From a virus (lineage: Duplodnaviria > Caudoviricetes), in the IMG/VR virus record IMGVR_UViG_3300013014_000087, positions 1 to 31,871 of that record: a stretch of 31,871 nt of DNA; one strand, given 5' to 3'. A program made the translations under genes and the position numbers. Numbering within the stretch: position 1 is the first letter of the stretch; every line of letters starts with the position of its first letter. Shown here piece after piece: positions 25,696-31,871 of the stretch. The notes beneath the pieces are model-generated. The model saw only the letters and a program-made list of their open reading frames with translations. It made no database searches and was not told the DNA's origin.

Positions 25696-26627
25696 AATAG
25701 TTTTAGATCATAAGCTAATTGAAGATCTATTTGTCTATAAAAACAATTTGATGCAAAAATAGATTCAATTACCCTTGTCATCTCTCCTCTTCCCTCTACA
25801 AAAAGAAATTGTAAATTATCGTAATTTTGCAGTAATTCTCTAACATTATGAAATATATACTCTGGAGTTGCTTTGATGTTTTTGCTAATATGAGGAAGAT
25901 ATTGAAAACTAAGTGCATTGGATAATTTTTCTTCAACTACAACAACTAAATATGCTCCATTTTTTTTGGCTTTGTCTATTTCATTTTTAAATCTATCAAA
26001 GTTTTTGACACTTAACGTGCTTATAAAATCGCTTAAACTCTTTCTTTCAATAAAGCACTTGCAATTATTGTTACTGCAGGAATAGTCCCCAAATGGTAAA
26101 GTTTTAATCTCGAATTTTGTATCAAATTTTAACCAACTCTGCTCTCTTGTATCAACGTATATGATTGATTTTTTATTTAATTTATTTTTAAATTGATCTG
26201 TTATGTTATTAGGGTGAATGAACCTATTTTCGAGTCCCAAGTTTGAGCAAACATCATAATAATCATCAAATATTTTATTGTAAAAAAGTATGGATGGCGC
26301 CATAATTGTTCTTAGTTCTACTTGAGAGGGACTATAAGTTAAATTTTTTTCTTTTTTTCTTTTAGATAATAGTTGCTTACAATATTCTTGAGCTTTTTCA
26401 ATTGGCTGTTGCTTAAGCCATTTTTTCATATTATTTTTATCGTTAAAATCGCTATTTAAATATTGCTCTTTGGTCTTAAAATTAATTAGTTCATTCGTTA
26501 ATAGATCTCGTCTTTCAAAGTATTTTTGGTAGTATTTAACTTTATTTAAACCATAGCCTTTGAGCGACATGTGTAATGCCTTTTCACTTGGAAACTCTTT
26601 TCCATCTACTTTGCATATAACTGACAT
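25692..26627 (-). CDS. ERCC4 (XPF/Mus81-type) nuclease-domain protein with a degenerate Zn-finger-like N-terminus
   Basis: IYVDTREQ, LPFGDY, IERKSLSDF, RF.NE and LVVVVE match the ERCC4 signature. N-terminus ICKVDGKEF.SEKALH. Confidence 0.85.
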   Translation of the reverse strand: MSVICKVDGKEFPSEKALHMSLKGYGLNKVKYYQKYFERRDLLTNELINFKTKEQYLNSDFNDKNNMKKWLKQQPIEKAQEYCKQLLSKRKKEKNLTYSPSQVELRTIMAPSILFYNKIFDDYYDVCSNLGLENRFIHPNNITDQFKNKLNKKSIIYVDTREQSWLKFDTKFEIKTLPFGDYSCSNNNCKCFIERKSLSDFISTLSVKNFDRFKNEIDKAKKNGAYLVVVVEEKLSNALSFQYLPHISKNIKATPEYIFHNVRELLQNYDNLQFLFVEGRGEMTRVIESIFASNCFYRQIDLQLAYDLKLL

Positions 26628-26632
26628 AATTT

Positions 26633-27724
26633 TTATCCATTTAGAATATCTTCTTCAGATATTCCTAAAATTTTACATTTTAATTCATCCATGGAATCAA
26701 GTCTATTTATCTCTGTTTTAACAATAGCTTTTCTTAAATCTGCCATTTTTAATAATTTTTTTCTAGACTCTTCTTGCTTCCACATTTCTACAAGGTTTAA
26801 TATGCTAGCGTTATCTTTTATTTGTTTGCTTAATCTATCGCTTCTTTTAACTTTTAAATCATTTAATAGTTTTTGCTGACGATTTACGCAATCATTGTAC
26901 TCTTTTCTTGCTGTGCTACTAGCTTCTACAATAGCCATTGGAATTCTTCCATCTTCTTGGGTGGCTAAATCTATTTGATTTTGTAAAGCTGTAATAGTTT
27001 GTTGAATTGTTGATGATATGACTACCTCTGTGGCTAGAACAATATATTGATCAACTTCTTCTTGAGTAAGGTCGCTCTTGTCGTAAGTGTATCTTAAAAA
27101 ACTACTTTCAAATAGATCTCTATCATCTTCATTATCATAAAGATTGATTTGATGAGTGAATCTATAAGTGTTCATGTATCCAATTAAAGAGTGTATTTCT
27201 TTCTTGTTTCTTCCTGTTATCTTTTCTTTATCTATTCCCTCCATGATATATCTATTTATCTTAACTATCATTCTCTCTTCACTTCGTGGTGGTTTATAAC
27301 TTTCTGTGGCAACATTTTGATTAGTATCCGAGTATCTTACGTTAGACGGTATAGTTTTCATATGCTCTAACACTGTTCTTGTCTCTTGGCTTAGATTAGT
27401 TAAAGCTTCGTTTTTAAAAAGAATTTTTGATATTTCAACGCCAGTCATTGTAGCGCAATTATTACTAATATACTCTTTCTGCTCTTCTGTTAATTCTATT
27501 AAACCCTTAGCTTCATATTCATGACTTTTCCTTGGCTTAATCTTTCTTGAAGCTAAGAAATTTTTCACAGCCTTACCTTCTTTACTTCTACCATCAAGAT
27601 CTTCTCTGCTAAAAGCTAGTTTAACTAGTTCTGTTAAAGACGGAGGATTATCTGAACGATTATTCCATTCTTTTAATAAAATTAATTGTTGCTCTTCTGT
27701 AAGAGCTATTATATCTTCACTCAT
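26633..27724 (-). CDS. DNA-binding/coiled-coil protein, candidate terminase small subunit
   Basis: Two HTH-like units (LTEEQQ...SLTELVKLAF; LTEEQKEYI...TGVEISKILF), a helical C-terminal half, and position upstream of terL. Confidence 0.45.
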   Translation of the reverse strand: MSEDIIALTEEQQLILLKEWNNRSDNPPSLTELVKLAFSREDLDGRSKEGKAVKNFLASRKIKPRKSHEYEAKGLIELTEEQKEYISNNCATMTGVEISKILFKNEALTNLSQETRTVLEHMKTIPSNVRYSDTNQNVATESYKPPRSEERMIVKINRYIMEGIDKEKITGRNKKEIHSLIGYMNTYRFTHQINLYDNEDDRDLFESSFLRYTYDKSDLTQEEVDQYIVLATEVVISSTIQQTITALQNQIDLATQEDGRIPMAIVEASSTARKEYNDCVNRQQKLLNDLKVKRSDRLSKQIKDNASILNLVEMWKQEESRKKLLKMADLRKAIVKTEINRLDSMDELKCKILGISEEDILNG

Positions 27725-27725
27725 A

Positions 27726-28409
27726 TTAATGAATATCTACTTCTCCATTGTATAAACATTTTTTAACTTTAATCATTATTGATTTTTTGAGATTTTTAAC
27801 TTGTTTATAGCCAATTTTTCTATTCTTCTCTGTGGTCTTATATCCCATTAATTTTGCTGACTCTTCTTCTGTTTTATGTTTAATGTAATACAATTCATAA
27901 AATTTCCATTCAATAGGTTTAAGAATTTGTTGCATCTTTGCGTGAATACCTTTTGCTGTTTTTTCAATATCTATTTCGTGCTGAACAATATTATGAACTT
28001 CTTGGGTATGATTCTCTAAAGCAACTGGTAATTTTATATCATGAGCAGACTTCTTGCTTTTTTCCCACTTGGCATATAATGGACATTTGCTACATTGAGA
28101 TCCATAAATCGTGCAAGAATCTTCTTGTTCAGCTGCTGCACATTTTAAGCATGGTCTAGAATAATTTCCATAATTATTTCTAATAAGATTTTTTATTTGA
28201 TTGCTTACTATCCTATTAACCCAAGGGGCTAAGGGTTTATCTGAATCATAAAGATTCCATTTTTTGAATATATGAATTCTTAATATTTGAGATACGTCAC
28301 TAAAATCCATCCAAGCTAAGGTTGTTAAATTCCACTTATGCCTTCTTTTATTAATCTCTTGATTGATCTCCGAAATTTTATCTTCGAAGGTTGCTTCAGA
28401 AGACTTCAT
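27726..28409 (-). CDS. Phage sigma70-family (ECF-like) RNA polymerase sigma factor with a Cys-rich insert
   Basis: Region 2-like DVSQILRIHIFKKWNLYD..KPLAPWVNRIVSNQIKNLIR. Region 4-like LKPIEWKFYELYYIKHKTEEESAKLMG. CLKC-x8-C-x6-CSKC lies between them. Confidence 0.85.
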   Translation of the reverse strand: MKSSEATFEDKISEINQEINKRRHKWNLTTLAWMDFSDVSQILRIHIFKKWNLYDSDKPLAPWVNRIVSNQIKNLIRNNYGNYSRPCLKCAAAEQEDSCTIYGSQCSKCPLYAKWEKSKKSAHDIKLPVALENHTQEVHNIVQHEIDIEKTAKGIHAKMQQILKPIEWKFYELYYIKHKTEEESAKLMGYKTTEKNRKIGYKQVKNLKKSIMIKVKKCLYNGEVDIH

Positions 28410-28834
28410 CGAGGGCTTTTTGATTTCTTAATTGTTCCTGCTTCTTTTGCAAAATCTTCTAATACTTGTTTCTTAGAATTCTTTTTACCTTTAATTCTTT
28501 CTCTGGGTTTTTTTTCTGTTTGAGTGCTTGTTCCTAAAAGTTGCCCAAGCTTTATTCCTTTAGCTTTTGAATTATTATCTGACTCTACATCTACTTGAAT
28601 TTGAGAGATATTTGGAATATTAACATCGTCTGTTTCGTTATCAAGTTCATTATCAATTTCATAATCTAGCTTATTAGCTACTACTGGATTGATGGTTCTT
28701 TTTTCTATGATTGGCTTAGGAGCAATTATATTAACTTGAGTTTTATCGAAAGAACCGCCGCAATTTGAACAAAAAATTGGTTTTTTAACCGAATATTCTG
28801 TGGGAGAGCCGCAAGAAGTACAATATCTTTTCAT
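28406..28834 (-). CDS. Zinc-ribbon protein (CxxCG...CxxCG), 142 aa
   Basis: MKRYCTSCGSP...FCSNCGGS. ATG 28834 preferred over GTG 28840. ATGA overlap with the sigma gene. Confidence 0.75.
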   Translation of the reverse strand: MKRYCTSCGSPTEYSVKKPIFCSNCGGSFDKTQVNIIAPKPIIEKRTINPVVANKLDYEIDNELDNETDDVNIPNISQIQVDVESDNNSKAKGIKLGQLLGTSTQTEKKPRERIKGKKNSKKQVLEDFAKEAGTIKKSKSPR

Positions 28835-28841
28835 TAACACT

Positions 28842-28847
28842 ATTATA
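28842..28847 (-). promoter_or_regulatory. TATAAT -10 element 7 nt before ATG 28834 (host sigma70-type, leaderless geometry)
   Basis: GG-TATAAT-AGTGTTA-ATG; only a weak -35 (TAGATT, 17-nt spacer). Confidence 0.45.
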
Positions 28848-28862
28848 CCTTTAATTTTGAAT

Positions 28863-29534
28863 TTAATCTAAATAAATTAAACTAGCCCTACCTCTCTTAT
28901 CTATTACAACATAACTAGCTATTTCTTCACAAAAACTTCCAGTATTAATATATTCAAATTTATCATGTTCATGCTCAGGTTTATGACTATGACCACAAAT
29001 AATTGAATCCTTGTTATTAAATTCACAGTATTTAATAGCATTTTCTTTTATATTAGATGTTTTCTCCCCAAATGATTCTGTTTTTTTTCTTAATAATTTA
29101 AAAAAATTATCAGCGAATGGAGTATAATGCCTAATAATGTAATATAATTTAATTATAAATTCTGTGATATTTTTATATTTACTAAAGTATATATCAAATA
29201 TATCCCCATGAACTGCTATAAATTTCTTATTTTTTATTTGAAATTCATATTCGTCTCTGCAATCAAAACCCAAGAGAATACTCATAAATTCTGCTTTCAA
29301 AAAGCAATGATTACCAATTAAATATATGATTTTATTCTTTTTGCTTAATTTTCTTAATTTGGATAATACTTTCCAATGAGTTTTATTGAGCCTATTTAAA
29401 TTGTGATGATCAAATAAGTCGCCAACAATTAATATTGTTTTTGCTTCTTCTTTTTTTAAGACTTTAAGTAATTTATTAGCTTGACAATCTTTGTCGCCAA
29501 GGTGAATATCTGAGATTGCTAGTATTTCGTTCAT
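28863..29534 (-). CDS. Calcineurin-like metallophosphoesterase, LpxH/YbbF-like (UDP-2,3-diacylglucosamine hydrolase-like)
   Basis: ISDIHLG, VGDLFD, GNH, VHGD.FD, ICGHSH and YINTGSF motifs. Confidence 0.85.
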   Translation of the reverse strand: MNEILAISDIHLGDKDCQANKLLKVLKKEEAKTILIVGDLFDHHNLNRLNKTHWKVLSKLRKLSKKNKIIYLIGNHCFLKAEFMSILLGFDCRDEYEFQIKNKKFIAVHGDIFDIYFSKYKNITEFIIKLYYIIRHYTPFADNFFKLLRKKTESFGEKTSNIKENAIKYCEFNNKDSIICGHSHKPEHEHDKFEYINTGSFCEEIASYVVIDKRGRASLIYLD

Positions 29535-29543
29535 CCTAATATT

Positions 29544-29846
29544 TTAGGATAATTTAACTTCTGGTGAAGGGATAGTTACTGCTGTGTTATCTGCTTTCTC
29601 TACTTTAACTTCAGTTTTTGGGGCTTCTTCTACTTTTATTTCTTTTAATTTATTCATCTTTTTAATATCTTCTGAAAAATCTATTTCGATTTCGTTAGCT
29701 TTAGCTTTCTTTTTTGGCTGACTAAAGGTATTGAGACAAATTGCCACTTTTTGTTTTTGAGGATATTTCTCATCTTTCATGAAACTCATGCATCGACCCA
29801 TGTAGTCATTTTGTTTTTCGTTATCTTTTTTTGAGGGTATGGGCAT
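29544..29846 (-). CDS. Small phage protein with MPIP...RCM...Q..AIC N-terminal motif
   Basis: This motif recurs in phage head-region proteins. Lys/Glu-rich tail. Confidence 0.6.
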   Translation of the reverse strand: MPIPSKKDNEKQNDYMGRCMSFMKDEKYPQKQKVAICLNTFSQPKKKAKANEIEIDFSEDIKKMNKLKEIKVEEAPKTEVKVEKADNTAVTIPSPEVKLS

Positions 29847-29853
29847 ATATAGT

Positions 29854-29860
29854 ATTACAC
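29854..29860 (-). promoter_or_regulatory. GTGTAAT motif, 8 nt before ATG 29846
   Basis: GTGTAA-TACTATAT-ATG. Confidence 0.75.
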
Positions 29861-29874
29861 ATGTTTATATAGTA

Positions 29875-29880
29875 GTGTAA
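29875..29880 (+). promoter_or_regulatory. Divergent GTGTAA motif, 8 nt before ATG 29889
   Basis: GTGTAA-GAAGAGAT-ATG, back to back with the minus-strand copy. Confidence 0.6.
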
Positions 29881-29888
29881 GAAGAGAT

Positions 29889-29963
29889 ATGACCGTTTCT
29901 ACTAGTTTAATTTGCTTTGCTGTGTTAGTTTATATATATTATTTAGTAGAGAGAGTTAAATGA
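29889..29963 (+). CDS. 24-aa single-TM micropeptide (not in ORF track)
   Basis: MTVSTSLICFAVLVYIYYLVERVK*. Fits the intergenic gap, ends 1 nt before the convergent stop at 29965, and has the motif at the modal spacing. Confidence 0.6.
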   Translation: MTVSTSLICFAVLVYIYYLVERVK

Positions 29964-29964
29964 A

Positions 29965-31242
29965 TTAATATATTTGATATTTAGAATTTAAATATGCCTC
30001 AACTTGCTGGCGTTCTGGGGTTGTTAAATCTCTATTGTAAACAATTACTTCGGCTATTTTAGAATTGAATGGGTCGTTGAAAGATCCATCTTCAAATATA
30101 GCTCCACCAACTCTCATATTTGTAATATCTGCATTGAATTCTGCTGAAAACGATTGCTCATTACTTCCGTTAAGTAAAAAAGAACCATTACTTCCATTTG
30201 TTTTTGTTGTTGAAATATACCAAGTATTGTTAGATGTTGGAAGACTAACTAGAAATGTATCATCTTGAGGAATATAACACCACATATCATCTGTCCCATC
30301 TTTCCGAATAAGTGGCAAAAGGTTTCCTGGAGTTTGGTAATCATTGTAGTCTATATTACTTTGCGAGAATGGCCTTGCATAGTTGCTCAAATTTTCAGAC
30401 ACAAATTTGAATACAACAAATACAGTTTGTTGCGTAAAATTGATTGAAGCAAATGATGTAGTTAAATACTTGTCTGTTGCAAAATCTATCACAGGTTTTC
30501 CATTCAATTCGCTTGCTATAAAAGTTGGCTCATTTCCGCTTAAAGAAGTCATGTTTTTTCCATTTCCACTCTGATCTGCCCAAGCTGTTACGGCTGAGGA
30601 GGAGACTACTTTAGTTGCTATAATGCTTCCTCTTGGGACAAGAGTGGTTGTACTGGTAATCGCTCCGCTTCCATTGACTATTGTCCAAGGTCCTGTGGCT
30701 GAACTAGCTGTATAGTATATAGTACTTGTGCCTTGATCGAGGAGCTGAAAATTACCATAATTTTCTATAACATAAGTTGGTCCATAAAATACATCTTCAC
30801 CACTTGGTCTTGTATACACACCATTTACATCTGGTGTCGTTGAACCAGAGATAGTAATTGTATCTGGCCGTGATTCTACAACTGCCCAATTTACGCCATC
30901 ACTAGAAGTCCAGTATTCATGAAATCCCCCAGTTTGGAAGTAGAAATGACTTTGGTAAGGGTCCCATTCAATAACAAAACCAGGTGGTCCATCTAATACA
31001 TAAAAATTTGGATTCCCTGACCCATCAAACGTAGGAACGCTTGTTGCGGTGTAAGTTCCGTTAACGTTTGGTGTATTGGAGCCAGTTATAACTATTTGTG
31101 AAACATAAGTATAAGGCCCAGATGTGGCTATTGTCACCCCAGCATCAGCCTTTAGCCAAAGAGCTAGTCCACCTAAACTTGATGGAAGAAAAGGTGTTCT
31201 TGGAATTTTGAAGGTTGTATTTTTTTTAATTATTAAATTCAT
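29965..31242 (-). CDS. LamG/concanavalin-A-like lectin-fold protein with an inserted duplicated module
   Basis: LALWLKADAGV ... VTAWADQSGNG ... LNGKPVIDF ... IAEVIVYNRDLT..ERQQVEAYL.SKY. Confidence 0.75.
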   Translation of the reverse strand: MNLIIKKNTTFKIPRTPFLPSSLGGLALWLKADAGVTIATSGPYTYVSQIVITGSNTPNVNGTYTATSVPTFDGSGNPNFYVLDGPPGFVIEWDPYQSHFYFQTGGFHEYWTSSDGVNWAVVESRPDTITISGSTTPDVNGVYTRPSGEDVFYGPTYVIENYGNFQLLDQGTSTIYYTASSATGPWTIVNGSGAITSTTTLVPRGSIIATKVVSSSAVTAWADQSGNGKNMTSLSGNEPTFIASELNGKPVIDFATDKYLTTSFASINFTQQTVFVVFKFVSENLSNYARPFSQSNIDYNDYQTPGNLLPLIRKDGTDDMWCYIPQDDTFLVSLPTSNNTWYISTTKTNGSNGSFLLNGSNEQSFSAEFNADITNMRVGGAIFEDGSFNDPFNSKIAEVIVYNRDLTTPERQQVEAYLNSKYQIY

Positions 31243-31248
31243 ATTTCT

Positions 31249-31446
31249 TTATAAGGGATTCCAGTAAATTATTCCATTTAAAGTACCGTCCAAGTAACCC
31301 CCAAATGGTCCATAACCAGTACTACCTGCATTATATATGCAGATATAATTGACTCCACCAAGGCTTACTATATTTCCGATAACATAAACAACTCCACCGT
31401 TGTAAGCTGGGTAAATGGGTGCTTCTTTTTTAACTATAAAAACCAT
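31249..31446 (-). CDS. Small protein resembling a CBM5/12 (chitin-binding type) carbohydrate-binding module
   Basis: PAYNGGVVYVIGNIVSLGGVNYICI...P...W pattern. Confidence 0.5.
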   Translation of the reverse strand: MVFIVKKEAPIYPAYNGGVVYVIGNIVSLGGVNYICIYNAGSTGYGPFGGYLDGTLNGIIYWNPL

Positions 31447-31453
31447 AAATTAA

Positions 31454-31460
31454 ATTACAC
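31454..31460 (-). promoter_or_regulatory. GTGTAAT motif, 8 nt before ATG 31446
   Basis: GTGTAA-TTTAATTT-ATG. Confidence 0.75.
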
Positions 31461-31462
31461 TA

Positions 31463-31726
31463 CTATTTTAAATAGGTTTTAATATCTTTTATTAGCTTTT
31501 TTCTATTATTAATTTCTAAAACCGTTATTAATGCTGCTAATGATATTGGAAAAGCAAACCTAAGAAAGAATTGAAGGTGATCTTCTTTACTTAATAAATC
31601 AAAATAATTAAAGTAAAGGTCACTTAGCCCCCAAAGCGTGAAAAGTATCGCAGGGACAAAAGCTATAAAAAAGAACTTATCATAGGATTTTAAATCAGCC
31701 CACCAGCTTTTGATTTTAAGTAGCAT
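31463..31726 (-). CDS. Two-TM membrane protein of unknown function
   Basis: Two hydrophobic helices and a basic C-terminus. Confidence 0.7.
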   Translation of the reverse strand: MLLKIKSWWADLKSYDKFFFIAFVPAILFTLWGLSDLYFNYFDLLSKEDHLQFFLRFAFPISLAALITVLEINNRKKLIKDIKTYLK

Positions 31727-31734
31727 ACATAGGC

Positions 31735-31740
31735 TTACAC
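31735..31740 (-). promoter_or_regulatory. GTGTAA motif, 8 nt before ATG 31726
   Basis: GTGTAA-GCCTATGT-ATG. Confidence 0.7.
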
Positions 31741-31744
31741 AACA

Positions 31745-31870
31745 TTAGATTGGAGTTGCTTCTTTAGGGTTTGGCATGGAATTAACTGGTGGTATAAGTT
31801 GAGGATTAATTTGTGGAGATGAAGGTGGTGTGGAGTTGCTTGTTGCGTTTTCAGTTCCGCTTGCTGTATC
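31745..31870 (-). CDS. 3' end of a gene entering from the right edge (Pro/Ser-rich tail)
   Basis: Open frame ...DTASGTENATSNSTPPSSPQINPQLIPPVNSMPNPKEATPI* ending at TAA 31747-31745. Confidence 0.5.
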   Translation of the reverse strand, partial: DTASGTENATSNSTPPSSPQINPQLIPPVNSMPNPKEATPI

Positions 31871-31871
31871 A

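Noticed and set aside
28835-28840. GTG start at 28840 given by the ORF track
   Set aside because: It lies only 1 nt after the TATAAT element. ATG 28834 has the canonical 7-nt spacing.
8181-30574. Other plus-strand ORFs in the track (e.g. 8181, 11779, 12556, 13174, 13813, 14654, 16822, 17447, 19641, 25064, 26691, 27938, 28338, 30065-30574)
   Set aside because: All overlap well-supported minus-strand genes, lack recognisable motifs or start signals, and read like reverse-complement translations.
816-31054. GTGTAA copies inside coding regions (816, 12021 on minus; 26571, 31049 on plus)
   Set aside because: Explained by codons such as GGT-GTA-A and expected by chance in AT-rich DNA. The 12021 copy, 93 nt before the capsid ATG, cannot be excluded as an internal promoter.
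1-31871. Stop-codon reassignment, tRNA genes, introns/inteins, integrase or transposase
   Set aside because: Genes tile densely under the standard code, with TAA, TAG and TGA all used as stops. Intergenic gaps are too short or lack cloverleaf features. The terminase is uninterrupted, and no recombinase motifs were seen.

Overview
AT-rich segment of a large tailed dsDNA phage (Caudoviricetes) covering the morphogenesis region. Lipoproteins and spanin-like genes imply a diderm host. Nearly all genes are on the minus strand. Reading right to left: small surface/membrane genes, a metallophosphoesterase, a coupled operon (Zn-ribbon, ECF-like sigma factor with a Cys-rich insert, TerS-like protein, ERCC4 nuclease, large terminase), portal, a tail-tube-like gene, a lysis cassette interrupted by adhesin-like genes, protease/scaffold, capsid decoration protein, major capsid protein with a terminator, then fibre/spike genes ending in a >1669-aa repetitive fibre that the ORF track misses. 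The strongest non-coding signal is a GTGTAA(T) motif in front of about 14 genes, exactly 8 nt before the ATG in 7 of them. I interpret it as a -10-only late promoter for the phage sigma factor that makes leaderless mRNAs. It also reveals two unannotated small genes. Other signals are a boxA/boxB-like leader before the fibre operon, an SD-occluding hairpin overlapping one motif, a probable nested scaffold gene, and marked Ser/Thr-Gly enrichment in tail proteins. All functional calls come from motif recognition by eye; no database searches were run.
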